The notes beneath the pieces were generated by a model, which saw only the letters and a list, made by a program, of their open reading frames with translations, was not told where the DNA came from and made no database searches. A stretch of 63,917 nt of DNA, the filler included, from Trichomonas gallinae (lineage: Eukaryota): the NCBI GenBank assembly GCA_008369845.1. It is 5 parts of 5 records of this genome, joined end to end, with 100 filler letters (N's around TTAATTAATTAA, not from the genome) between each part and the next. Parts side by side here need not be neighbours in the genome. Positions count along the whole stretch, not along the records: positions 1 to 11,444 come from MRSU01001504.1; positions 11,545 to 36,382 come from MRSU01001505.1; 3 more parts are not named here. The stretch is one strand, 5' to 3'. Position 1 is the first letter of the stretch. Each line of letters begins with the position of its first letter. Below, in pieces: positions 9,818 through 20,722 of this stretch. The translations under genes and the position numbers were made by a program.

Positions 9818-11215
9818 ATGAACGGCAAAGCTTTGGTTTCCACCTCAATATTTGCTATTTTATCGTTCATAGGAGCAATATATGCAATGTCAAATCACGA
9901 TCACAATGAGCAAATTAAAGAATTAAACATTTCATTGTCAAATCATCAGAAAAATGAGAATTATAGATTGATTGTTGATAATTGGAATCATTGTAACGAA
10001 GTGGATCGTGAAACAAATATTGATGTACGTATAAAACAGTCAAGTGATGAAAAGGAAGATTTTAAACTTTATTATCAATGGAATTATGGCAGCAAGCATG
10101 AATTCATTTGCAATAATTCGGAATATGGATGCCATTTTAATGAAAAAGCACCATATGAGCCAGGACTTCACTATTTGACATTCTATGCCAATAACTCTCA
10201 AAAAGAAATTAACAAAACAATTGAAATATATGTAGATCTTTATGTTGATATCACTGAAAAACCAAAGGATAAATATAATCCTGGTGAATTCGTTAATTTT
10301 GCAGGTTATATTTATTTTTGTCATAACTGCAAAGGCAAATATGCTGATGTTTATCTAAAATATGAACAGCAGCATGAGAAACACTACTCAGTTGTAAAAT
10401 GTGGAAGCAGTGGAGATTTTCTCATGGCTTCAATACAGATTCCACCTGACGAAAGTCCAGGAACAAAAACTATAGGTATTTTTATTCCAAATTATGGTAT
10501 CGTAAGTTCTATCAAAGACATCACTTTCGAAGTTTCAGGTCCAAAAACTCCATCGCCATCATCCATCATAACCATGACCCCATCGCCATCAAAAACACCT
10601 GCAACATCAACTCCATTAATGACTCCAACGCAATCACCAGCCAAAACAACATATACATATATTCCAACAATTCAACCTACTCCAAGCATTACATCACGGC
10701 CAACAGCTTATCCAACAACTCAACCTACTCCTAGCACAACATCATCGCCAACAACTTATCCAACACCTCAACCTACCCAAAGCACAACATTATCGCCAAC
10801 AACTTATCCATCAATAATTCCAACAACATCAGAATATCCAACTACTGAAGTCACTACAGCAATGCCAACTGAAATTCCAGCTCCATCAACAACTGCAGAC
10901 ACTGATAGTTCTCAAGGAGGTAATTCCAACAAGGAAAAACAGAAGCGATATGCATTGATTGGAATAATAACAGCAATTGCTGTCCTTGTTGTTATTATCG
11001 TTATAATCTTGATCATATATTATAGATCGAGAAATCAGGATTATGATCCACAAGAAGATGTAGAATCACGTGAACCAGAAGTTGTGATTCCAGCTCGAGA
11101 TTATTATACTCATGATAATCCTCTGTATTCAGGAGATAATCAACAAATTACACCATGCGTAAGCCAATGCGAAACTTCTCAGCCAGAAAGTGACATAAAT
11201 GTTTTTGGCATGTAA
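9818..11215 (+). CDS. Type I surface protein: beta-rich ectodomain, Thr/Pro/Ser stalk, TM helix, NPLY tail
   Basis: Start MNGKALV at 9818 after TCATT; N-terminal hydrophobic segment; PTTYPT/QPTPS repeats; TM ALIGIITAIAVLVVIIVIILIIYY; acidic tail with DNPLY. Confidence 0.85.
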   Translation: MNGKALVSTSIFAILSFIGAIYAMSNHDHNEQIKELNISLSNHQKNENYRLIVDNWNHCNEVDRETNIDVRIKQSSDEKEDFKLYYQWNYGSKHEFICNNSEYGCHFNEKAPYEPGLHYLTFYANNSQKEINKTIEIYVDLYVDITEKPKDKYNPGEFVNFAGYIYFCHNCKGKYADVYLKYEQQHEKHYSVVKCGSSGDFLMASIQIPPDESPGTKTIGIFIPNYGIVSSIKDITFEVSGPKTPSPSSIITMTPSPSKTPATSTPLMTPTQSPAKTTYTYIPTIQPTPSITSRPTAYPTTQPTPSTTSSPTTYPTPQPTQSTTLSPTTYPSIIPTTSEYPTTEVTTAMPTEIPAPSTTADTDSSQGGNSNKEKQKRYALIGIITAIAVLVVIIVIILIIYYRSRNQDYDPQEDVESREPEVVIPARDYYTHDNPLYSGDNQQITPCVSQCETSQPESDINVFGM

Positions 11216-11444
11216 AACATATTAAAAATAAACATATATTTTATTTTTAACATTAGCCAATCATCAGAATTATAAATACTAATTCCTGATTTAAATTCCA
11301 TATTTAATTATTATATTTAGACTATGTATGCTCAATTAATTTATTTTATCATATTAAAAAATACAATACCCAGTTTTGCCACAGTTTGCAGTCCCCCCAA
11401 ATAATTTGAGGGGAAAACGATTATTAGTTAGATGGTGGTAAGAA

Positions 11445-11544
11445 NNNNNNNNNNNNNNNNNNNNNNNNNNNNNNNNNNNNNNNNNNNNTTAATTAATTAA
11501 NNNNNNNNNNNNNNNNNNNNNNNNNNNNNNNNNNNNNNNNNNNN
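11445..11544. other. Artificial contig spacer
   Basis: N44-TTAATTAATTAA-N44, which gives stops in all six frames. Confidence 0.98.
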
Positions 11545-11640
11545 ATTATACATTTGCTAATATTATATGACTAAAAATGTTTTTATTTTTACCATTTTGC
11601 ATTTTTATTTAAAAAGGAAAAAAATATATCTCACAAATTT

Positions 11641-11700
11641 TACTCGAACCTGAGCCTTTAAGCACCGATTATGGAACCTTAACCACCTGGCCATGGCCAA
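11641..11700 (-). other. Degenerate tRNA-like Pol III A/B box segment
   Basis: Minus strand TGGCCAGGTGGTTAAGG ... GGTTCGAGT, with A-box and B-box starts 43 nt apart. No acceptor or T stem pairing. Confidence 0.45.
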
Positions 11701-11744
11701 GCATCATTTTGCGGTCAATTTTCTTGCTATATAATGATTTTAAA

Positions 11745-11822
11745 AAGTTGGAAGCACCCCCTGCCTAAAAATTGAGAATATCCCTGGTCTCACTTTTTAT
11801 CCCTGGTTATTGTTCCACTGTA
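11745..11822 (-). mobile_element. Tc1/mariner-like transposon terminus (TIR plus TA)
   Basis: Near-perfect reverse complement of 51693-51770. Ends ...GTTCCACTG-TA, has an internal ACCAGGGATA direct repeat, and lies near a contig end. Confidence 0.8.
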
Positions 11823-11934
11823 AGTGGTCATGTGAAAAAACGTTAGGAGAACGATGACATGCGGCAGCATGGTATTGTTTTGGTAAATATCTTCGATTGG
11901 AAGAGTCAAATTAAGAAAAAAATATACATAACTT

Positions 11935-12507
11935 TTATGGAAATGCAGCATCGGCATTGCCAGCTTGCCCCTGACATAATGCAGCCAGAGGCGTATCGGG
12001 ACTAATAAGATTTGTAGTCCTTCTCACACTAGGTTGAGTCCAAAATTTAGGAAGTGGCTCAGACGCAGGAGAAGGAAGTTTGATAGGTATATTTATTGGT
12101 ATTTGAGGAAATGTTGTAGTTTCAGAAGCGGATTGAAAAGAATGAAGAAATTGTCGAAATGTTTTTGGTTTTCTCTCCATCTTTTGGAAATGCATATCTT
12201 GCAACTTCGCCAATTCGACACACTCATGTATTTTCGGCATATGAATGTTATCAAATTTGAGATTCGATGGAAGAGATCTTTGATCAACAACGATGATAAA
12301 GTCATTCTCCTTGACATTATAGGACCCAAGATCGAAATTGTTCATCATGATACAGCCATTATAAACAAAATAGACTGGGTCACCGAGAACAATTTGATTC
12401 AAGTCTTTTACAAGGGTCGATTTCAGGACATTGACTTTAAGCATCCACTCGCCGGGGTGATATATAAATATCCGCATGTTTTCCGGCGGTGAGCCTTGAT
12501 CATCCAT
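11935..12507 (-). CDS. Hypothetical protein with N-terminal ubiquitin-like domain (paralog of 59747-60322)
   Basis: FVYNG...YNVKENDFIIVV Ubl-like pattern. MERKPKTFR and SEPLPKFW are shared with the paralog. Confidence 0.8.
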   Translation of the reverse strand: MDDQGSPPENMRIFIYHPGEWMLKVNVLKSTLVKDLNQIVLGDPVYFVYNGCIMMNNFDLGSYNVKENDFIIVVDQRSLPSNLKFDNIHMPKIHECVELAKLQDMHFQKMERKPKTFRQFLHSFQSASETTTFPQIPINIPIKLPSPASEPLPKFWTQPSVRRTTNLISPDTPLAALCQGQAGNADAAFP

Positions 12508-13483
12508 TTTAATAAGATGTAAACTTGTTAAACCAAAATCTCCAACTTTTTTCTTTCAATTGATATAGAATTTATTCACATATTAAACCAATATTTTCCA
12601 GCAAAAATCAAGTTTTAAAAGATCTATTGAAAAGTCAGTTTACTTTTTTTGTTAACTTTCTATTGTTCCCCCTGCATAATTTTTTACGGTGATATAAATG
12701 ATTTCCAACGCATGCACATTTGTAATATCGAATATAAATATAAACGGGGATTTGTAAAATTATACAAGCAAAGCCAAATTAGACTTATTTGTCTGTACAA
12801 TACTTAGTATTGGTCAAAGAATCCAGATAAGTTTCGGACCCTGTTTATTTTTATAAAATAGGGGATGTTCCAAATTTATTTTTATTGAATCGGATATATT
12901 GTTACGAAATAAATATATTGCATTACTTCAATCGAAAAAAATAATCGTTTAGTGGCTCCCCCTGTTATATTTCTACTGCATATATGCCATATCTGATATT
13001 CCACTTATCTGGCTCCTACTGAACCTAAATTTCTCAAACAATTCATTCTAATGCTTGGATTTAATGTTTATAAATATCTTTCATTGAAAAATTGAAACAT
13101 TTGAAACTTGTATCATTACCAATATATAGTACAAGTGTCTATTTAGTCTATATATTACTCGAACACACATAAAACGAATGTTTTGAATATATTTCGATAA
13201 GAATTAATTAATATCAGCATTGTATTAAGAATAGAATGAGTATACTTATATGCACAAGTAGATGAATCAAAAATATTATTTATGAAATACCTAAAATAAA
13301 AAATCTCAATCACACATGAAAAAAAAATCGATCCTTGATATCAGTGTATTGAGTCTATTTATACTTGTAGTTTTTCACACACTAATATTATTCATTCTAA
13401 TCATGTTTTTGTGTGTAAATATTCAGTAAAATGAAATAAAGATAGTATTTATTCATTTACATGGAACAAAATATAAATAATTT

Positions 13484-16400
13484 TTATGCGAATGTTATAG
13501 TCGGATATGTGAATGAATGTATGCGATCAATGAAGCTGAACGAGATCATATCAGCATCGACAGATTTCTCGAGATTATAAATAAAGTTTGTCTGGATTGA
13601 CGTCTTAGGAATGATTAGCTGGCCATTCCATGTTCCCTGCTTCTTCAATGACATGCTGATGATCAAAGAGCGGCAAGCATGCTTCTTTGGTATGGTACTG
13701 AAGATAATCTTGTTGATTTTTGTTCTTCCACTGAATCTGTAGGTGAGAATCCTCTCCGCTTGGTTGATAGCTGGTGGAACACTGATAATTTTGAGCTCAC
13801 TCTTGCCCTTGAATGGTAATTCTGGATGAATTGCGTCTTTAGGAACAACCAAGATTGTTCCGTAAACTTTGAAGTCGGAAATAACTGTCTTTTCATGTAT
13901 AACGATCTTGAACTTGACCAATTCAGTCATCAAAGGCTCATTAACAATAAACTGCAATCTTCCATCCTTAAGTTGCATCTTCTTTGCCTCTTCGTCGTTG
14001 ATAACAACTTGAATGTCTTCGCTGTCAGCTCTGAAGCATAAGAAAGAGATAACGGCTGTGTTGTGGAATGCGACTTCGAATTGGAAGCTCTCCATAACTT
14101 CTGTCTTATCAGCGCCATAGAAAATATCTCTTGCCTGGTCACTTGATGCCGAAATTAGGACTGTCTGGTAAGATGTGGAAATATCCCTGCATCTGTCGAT
14201 GACTTCCAGTTCGTGGTTCATCATCTCGGTGCGCTTCGCTTCTCTTGGATTTGGAATAACCATTCTACCTTCTTCTTCCAAAATTGAAGTCGTCGAGGCA
14301 CATATTGACGCGCTCTCTGAGCAATCCTCGCAGACATGTATTGGGAGGAGTGATTCATCGTATGAGTCAGACGCCAGCAATCCTCTGTGTATCTTAGACT
14401 GCCTGCAGATGAACTGGTTCACGCCATCTTGGAAGAGTTTTCCGCAGAATGCGCATTTCGTTTTATCGCAAGCAATGATCTGTGACGCGCTGTCTGCCTT
14501 CCAAGGAGAAATTCCTGAGTCCGTGCACATCTTGAATCTCGTGCGCTCTGGGACAAGAAGGCCGACTCTTGCACGCTCGAGTGTGATTGCATCAAATAAT
14601 GTTTTAGGTGAAGACATGTACTGTTCGAAGGAAATTTTGAATCTGTCGACAGTAGATTGGTCGGCTTCTTTCGCTTCTTTAGACGCTTGTATTCCTCTAT
14701 TGTTATACGGTGGGAACTGTCCAATGACTCTGATTGGGCCAACGACGAACTGTTGTTCCTCGCCAGTGAACGAGAATTTGAGGATTGTCGCGTAGAATGG
14801 TGTTTTGTTTTCATGGCCGTACTCGAATATGTCAAGCATAGGATATGTTACTTGAACTGGCATTTCGACATCTGGAAGTTCGACTTTGCCTATGAACTTC
14901 ATGTCTGCGATGTCGAGGCCGCCTTCCACACGCATGTATGTCGGTCCTTTGTTCAAAGAAGAAAGTAAAACTTTGATTTGCTTGACGATAACTGGCCTTG
15001 GAAGGGTGATGAAGTAGGAAACATTCTTGTCGAGTAGTGACATTGAGCTACCGAGAGAAACAAGTGTGTGTGGAGTGTTTTGGAGAGTATTGACGTAAGA
15101 TGGAGAGATTAAAACTGAATTGAACTTATCTGTCATATCTGTGAATGCTTCGATAGCCTTTTGGCGCTGTGGATCGATTAAAACGTTCTGGAGTCTGCGC
15201 TGAAGTGTAATTGCGGAATCATTCGAAGAATATGGAAGATTCGGCGAGAAATGCTTAATGGCGTTAACTTTGATGGCCTGTGTGTTTGTCGAAAGTGTAG
15301 ATACGATATTGCCGCTCTCAACGAATGTTTTAGCGAGGAAATCAATAACATCTTGTGGAATGAGCTGATTTGGGGCCTTATTCTCGATGTCTTCTGTAGT
15401 GAGCAACAAATTCTGCTGTTTGAGCCAGAGAAGAGTAACATAAAGCGCAGAATAAAATGTTGCCAAATTTGTTCTGTCGAGAGAATCGGCGCAGTTGTAG
15501 CGCATGAGGTTAACTTGGTGATTTGTTGGTGGCTCTTTGAGATTCGTGGCTCCCTGCTCGAATCCAGCATCATCGATCAAAGGTTTGATGTATTTAAGGA
15601 ATTCGTTGAATGCTGCTTCACTTCCACCTTCGTGTAATGTCTTGTTGATGTCGAATGGCATGTATGAGACGCCATAAATGTTTTCATCTGGTAATCTCGA
15701 CAAAGCTCTTGAATAATACTCAACGAGCTCTGATTCAGAGTCGCCCTGCTTTGTTTGCAACAAGGAAATGCATAAAATCCTGTCAATATGATATCTGTCC
15801 TTGAGATAAGTGAAATATTGTGGTGTGCCTTCGTAGTAATGCTCTGTATCGACTTTGTGCTTTGGTGTTGAAACCTTTGAGTCCAAAATTGTATTCCAAT
15901 GAATGGGAACTGATCCACGTCTCCATCTGTGCGAATAATAAACATCTCCGCGGACGAAAATCAATTCTCCTTCAACTTCATTGCCTGGTTTGCCTTCATT
16001 GTTCAAGCCGCGAGATGAGTACCTTGTTCCAGGGTTCGCAGACGATCTACGACAAATGTGAGTAATTGAGAAATCTTTTCCTGGTGGAGTATATGACTGG
16101 CAGATGCCTTGTATGAGAGCAATGCAGCAGAAACCTATGCCCATCTCCTCGAAAGGACGACGCCATGCGTTGTTCCAGCAAAATCCTGGATCAGGTTCGT
16201 AAGAAGGCTTGTTTGAAGGCATTAATCTAGTGATATCGTATGTTTCGCAGTAGTAGTGGTTGTCTGATAGCTGGAAATTATCGATTGGCGTTGAGTTATC
16301 TTTATCATTCAATATAACTTTAATTAATTTAACGTTCCTGATTGCTTGAACGAGATGTCCACCTGGCAGCCATCCCGAGATTTCGACACTTTCGACAATG

Positions 16401-16672
16401 CCTATTGAAATTACGTCATCAGTTTTAAGTATGCCAAGGAGAGCATCGCCTTTCATCTTCAGGGAAGACTCGAATGTTGATGTAATGTAAGATACAGCGA
16501 GAGAATGGTCCGGGAAAATGTCTATCATGGGAACACCGATAAATTGCGGACTTCCTGTCGTTGTATCGACAGTGATAATGTACGTATTGGTGGTGCAGAA
16601 TGGCTGGACGACTAAATGGTAGAATCCATGTGTGCTATAGAACACTTCTACTTTAGTAACCCTTTTCTCCAT
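13484..16672 (-). CDS. SacI-homology phosphoinositide phosphatase, SAC9-like
   Basis: RRSSANPGTRYSSRG, NEVE, RGSVPIHW and the catalytic CX5R motif RYNCADSLDRTN. Also CxxC...CxxC in the C-terminal half. Confidence 0.92.
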   Translation of the reverse strand: MEKRVTKVEVFYSTHGFYHLVVQPFCTTNTYIITVDTTTGSPQFIGVPMIDIFPDHSLAVSYITSTFESSLKMKGDALLGILKTDDVISIGIVESVEISGWLPGGHLVQAIRNVKLIKVILNDKDNSTPIDNFQLSDNHYYCETYDITRLMPSNKPSYEPDPGFCWNNAWRRPFEEMGIGFCCIALIQGICQSYTPPGKDFSITHICRRSSANPGTRYSSRGLNNEGKPGNEVEGELIFVRGDVYYSHRWRRGSVPIHWNTILDSKVSTPKHKVDTEHYYEGTPQYFTYLKDRYHIDRILCISLLQTKQGDSESELVEYYSRALSRLPDENIYGVSYMPFDINKTLHEGGSEAAFNEFLKYIKPLIDDAGFEQGATNLKEPPTNHQVNLMRYNCADSLDRTNLATFYSALYVTLLWLKQQNLLLTTEDIENKAPNQLIPQDVIDFLAKTFVESGNIVSTLSTNTQAIKVNAIKHFSPNLPYSSNDSAITLQRRLQNVLIDPQRQKAIEAFTDMTDKFNSVLISPSYVNTLQNTPHTLVSLGSSMSLLDKNVSYFITLPRPVIVKQIKVLLSSLNKGPTYMRVEGGLDIADMKFIGKVELPDVEMPVQVTYPMLDIFEYGHENKTPFYATILKFSFTGEEQQFVVGPIRVIGQFPPYNNRGIQASKEAKEADQSTVDRFKISFEQYMSSPKTLFDAITLERARVGLLVPERTRFKMCTDSGISPWKADSASQIIACDKTKCAFCGKLFQDGVNQFICRQSKIHRGLLASDSYDESLLPIHVCEDCSESASICASTTSILEEEGRMVIPNPREAKRTEMMNHELEVIDRCRDISTSYQTVLISASSDQARDIFYGADKTEVMESFQFEVAFHNTAVISFLCFRADSEDIQVVINDEEAKKMQLKDGRLQFIVNEPLMTELVKFKIVIHEKTVISDFKVYGTILVVPKDAIHPELPFKGKSELKIISVPPAINQAERILTYRFSGRTKINKIIFSTIPKKHACRSLIISMSLKKQGTWNGQLIIPKTSIQTNFIYNLEKSVDADMISFSFIDRIHSFTYPTITFA

Positions 16673-17336
16673 TTATATAAAAATGATCTAAAATCTATAC
16701 TGTCACTTTTCCGATTTGTAAAATCGGCAGATAGGAAACTGACACTTTACAAATTATTCTTTAAATTCTCTCAATTTTTTCCTTATATCATATAGCAGCT
16801 ATATCCTTCCTAATTAAAGATTTAGATAGAATATGGCCATCTGGATCATATACTAGAAAATCTTTGAGTTTGAATATGATACATATTTCAATCATTCTAA
16901 AAGAAAATTGTATTATTATGATTGAGTTTCTCTATTCTTATTAGAATGTCTAACATACTATCAAGTTTACCTACTAGGTTAGTTTAGTTCTAATTACTTA
17001 GGTTAGTGGACGTCGCATATGAACTTGGTATAATTTTGCCAGAAACTCAGAAAATTAGTGTCCGCCCCTTTTTTGAGAAATGGGGATATTTACGTGTCAA
17101 AATAAATTGCTGTACAAATGAAAATCAACAACAATATCATAAATATGCATGCGTTGAGCTTTTTTCTAGAAATATGTATCTGAATAAAAGCAGAGATCAT
17201 CAAAGTAGGTTACTTCAATGACATCTTTAACATATTTTCAGCTGCAAATGTGTAATATTAACTTTTAGAGTTTTTTAATATATCAATATTTTTTGTTTTT
17301 TGCCACTTTACAAAAATTTATTGTCAGAAATCAAAA

Positions 17337-18575
17337 ATGACTAATGATTTGAGGTCGATTTCTTTCTTAAATAGATGGCATGATTTTGAGCTGATATACA
17401 TGGACCAGAAGTACTATATATCAAGCCAGATACTTGCCGCTATCTCTCCAGTCATGAGAGATTTAATAACAAAACAAAAAATCTTTACATACAAAATGCC
17501 ATCGATTCCTGGCAATATTAATGATCTTCTCGATATTTTCAGTGGCAAAGATATTCTCATCGATGATACAAACGTTTTATTTTTATATTTTTGTGGTTGT
17601 TGTTTCCAAATTCAAGAATTGATATACGAAACTAGTGATGCTTTAATCACTATACAGGATAGGAATGAAATTCTTTTATTAATTTCATCATTAAAGGAAA
17701 AAGATATTGATATAACGAATCTTTGTCAATTTATCTCAGCAAACATCGATAAATTCATTAGATTAGATAAATTCAAGAATATTGATGCATCAATTGCTGC
17801 ACAAATTATAGAATCACCAGCAATGAATTGCATTGATTCATGTGCTTTGTTTACATACATAGTCAACCGTTTCCACGAAGCTCCTGATGATTTTTCAAGA
17901 ATATTACAAACAGTTTGCAAGCAATATTTGAATCCAATAACTTTATCAATTTTATTAAAGTCACCGTATATTGATATTAACAAATTCAAGCAATCATTGA
18001 TTCCAATTTTAATTGCTGAATCGAATTCGTCTGCTCCTTCGCCTTCTAGCGAATATACACTTATTAATTACGAATTCGGCAAAGAAACATCAGGTTTATT
18101 CGATTACTTCAGAACACATCATATTTTATCGACATCTGTTGACATTTCAGCTTCATCTACCTTCAATCCAGAATTTGCTGTCTCGAATTTGCTTAATAAT
18201 GACTTTTCACATTACTACTCCAGCGAAAAAGGTCCAATTGAGTTCGTAGAGATCCACATTTTGAAAGGAACTTTATCTCCAACCCATTATACTTTAATGA
18301 GCTGCGAAGCAGGACAAAGGAACCTCGCTCCAACATCATGGACGTTTTCTGGATCAAATGATGGAAAGAACTGGATTCTTCTCGATTCAAGATATAATGA
18401 TAATTCTTTATGCTATGATAGAAAAGCTGTTGTATATCCAATAGTCAAGGAGTCGTGGAAGAACTTCTCTTACTTCCAGTTTGCTCAATATGATTCAGGA
18501 GGTATCAAAAATAAGAGACTTTTGTTAGCAGGAATCGAATTGTTTGGTGCTTATTCGCCAAATACCAGCCCATAA
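17337..18575 (+). CDS. BTB/POZ plus F5/8 type C (galactose-binding-like) domain protein
   Basis: DFELI...ILAAISPV BTB start; C-terminal PTHYTL...PTSWTFSGSNDGKNWILLD...IELFG, typical of the expanded trichomonad family. Confidence 0.85.
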   Translation: MTNDLRSISFLNRWHDFELIYMDQKYYISSQILAAISPVMRDLITKQKIFTYKMPSIPGNINDLLDIFSGKDILIDDTNVLFLYFCGCCFQIQELIYETSDALITIQDRNEILLLISSLKEKDIDITNLCQFISANIDKFIRLDKFKNIDASIAAQIIESPAMNCIDSCALFTYIVNRFHEAPDDFSRILQTVCKQYLNPITLSILLKSPYIDINKFKQSLIPILIAESNSSAPSPSSEYTLINYEFGKETSGLFDYFRTHHILSTSVDISASSTFNPEFAVSNLLNNDFSHYYSSEKGPIEFVEIHILKGTLSPTHYTLMSCEAGQRNLAPTSWTFSGSNDGKNWILLDSRYNDNSLCYDRKAVVYPIVKESWKNFSYFQFAQYDSGGIKNKRLLLAGIELFGAYSPNTSP

Positions 18576-18779
18576 ACGTTTATTTTTACTGTTTATATTA
18601 ATTTAATATTTTTAGGATGTTAAAAACTATTTTCCATTGGATATGTATTATCGCGCGCATAAAAGTTGCCAAACTTGAATTATTTCTAGCGTATTTATTA
18701 AAAAATAAAATTTGCAAAATAAATACCAATTGAAAAACATAACTATTATGGTTAACATAGTTTATTTGATAGAAAATAT

Positions 18780-19409
18780 TTACTCTAAGTCAACAGGCTT
18801 CAGAGTAATTTCGGATTCATCGATATGATGATTAGCATTCCATCTCATCCATGTTGGCTGAAGGAACTGAGTCCAAATCTTCTTCAGCCATGGAGATAAC
18901 TCTTGTGGTCTCTGTTTAAGCCATTCTTCAAATTCCTCGATTGTGACCCATTTAACATTTCCGACTTCTTCTGGATTTGGATTGATTTTATCAACATCGT
19001 AATACCCGTAAACAACGTGATCAAGTTCATACTCTGCCCAACCATCTTCATAAATGGCCTTGTAGACGAATGATCCCATTTCTTGAAGTTTAGCATCCTT
19101 AGTAAGCTTGATATTCAATTCTAAATCAACTCTCCTCACAGCAGCATCCAAAACTTTTTCATTGGGTTCTGGATGTGAGCAGCATGTATTCGCCCAAATC
19201 AATGGGAAAGTGATCTTATTAGCAGATCTCTGTTGGAGTAATAGTCTCTTTTTGGAATCGAATAAGAACAAAGAAAATGCGCGATGCAAAATTGGCTCTG
19301 GCTCTGTCCTATGAACTGTATATTTATCAGCCTCGCCGAGAACGTTGTCCTCTTTGTCAACAAGGATAACATGGGCGTTTTTCATTTGATTATGCTGCTC
19401 TTCGGACAT
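18780..19409 (-). CDS. IDI1: Isopentenyl-diphosphate delta-isomerase type 1
   Basis: LHRAFSLFLF, LLQQRS..KITFP..WANTCCSHP, EYELDHV, PNPEEV, SPW. Confidence 0.97.
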   Translation of the reverse strand: MSEEQHNQMKNAHVILVDKEDNVLGEADKYTVHRTEPEPILHRAFSLFLFDSKKRLLLQQRSANKITFPLIWANTCCSHPEPNEKVLDAAVRRVDLELNIKLTKDAKLQEMGSFVYKAIYEDGWAEYELDHVVYGYYDVDKINPNPEEVGNVKWVTIEEFEEWLKQRPQELSPWLKKIWTQFLQPTWMRWNANHHIDESEITLKPVDLE

Positions 19410-20722
19410 TTATAATTTTTTGGGAAAATGTCAATTTTTTGTAAAAAAATTTTATATGATTTTGCGAAAATTACTGCGATATTTTTCTTTGTATAAGGAT
19501 GTGAAATTAAATGAATGGAAATTTAAATGATTCACAATGTATCAATATTCCCACAATTTTGAAACAATGCAACTAACCATTTAAATCACATGATTGGGCT
19601 TTTAAGTGCTTAAAATGTAATGTTATCATTGCTTGTGATTGAAACAATGTATTTATTATATTTTGAAGAGATTTCATATATTATGACAACTAAGCTGCAA
19701 ATCTTTATAACAAATGACATTTTTGCACATCAAAGAAACTTGTGAATATTACAAAAAGGTGAAATTTTTTTCAAAATTTAATTTTATAGGATAATAAACT
19801 CCGAACAATGAAGTATAGCTTTGTAATTATGAAATATTTAATAATCCTAGAAAACTCGATGCGAAACGCAATGTTTGTGCAAAAAATTGGATTCGATATG
19901 AAAATAATTGTTTTTATTCAAGAATTCGGTATATCCCTGCATTCTATTAAAAGAGCAGTGATATTTTTAATTATTTGGGATCCGGGCCACAAAAATAGGA
20001 TCCAGTTAATTAATTGATTGTTAAACTTTGTTCAGTGTCGCATAAACTTAAGCATGAGGACACCGGCCATTGAATGAGAAGCTTGGTATAAATGTAAAAA
20101 ACATATCAAAAATATTCATTGAAATTATTTCAATTGAAGAGTAAAATGATTGTTTACACATTACAACATCATTTAGTTGCTGCAGAAATGGAATTGTTTG
20201 ACCATATATTGCTGAGTAACTCGATCAAACAATGCTGAACACGATGAAAATCGAAAAATGTAATTCAAAACTTATCAATTTTTAGTTTTATTAATGATTT
20301 CACAGTGAATTTAATAGTAATTTTAACTTATATGCATATTTCCCCGAAATATATGTCAAATATCTGTTGAAATCATCAATAATTTTTGATTTTAACTTAA
20401 CATATTAATTATTCATTTTATATTTGAGAAATCAGATATAATTATCTATGTGAGAAAAATAATAGATATTATAGCTTCCCAAAATCATTTTTGATTTGAA
20501 TCATTAATGATTTAATGAAAATGTATTTTTATTTTGAATTTAGATTATTTATGCGATGATTACTGTATATCTTAAATAATTTTAAAAATCATCAAATTTA
20601 TTTTGAAAAACTGTGTTTCTGCAAATATTTAACTTATAAAATGAATAGCCACACCATAAACTATGTAAAAACAGTGTCCATTTCGAGAAAGAACGCGATC
20701 ATTTTGAAACAAAAAATTTAGG

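Noticed and set aside
11389..11444. CAGTCCCCCCAAATAATTTGAGGGG as another Tc1-like end
   Set aside because: Not preceded by TA and no second copy in the window.
11489..11500. TTAATTAATTAA palindrome repeated four times between N runs
   Set aside because: Identical N44-12-N44 structure each time: a synthetic six-frame-stop linker, not biology. ORF ends reading XXXLIN are artefacts.
11641..11700. Functional tRNA gene
   Set aside because: A and B boxes are present but the acceptor, anticodon and T stems do not pair.
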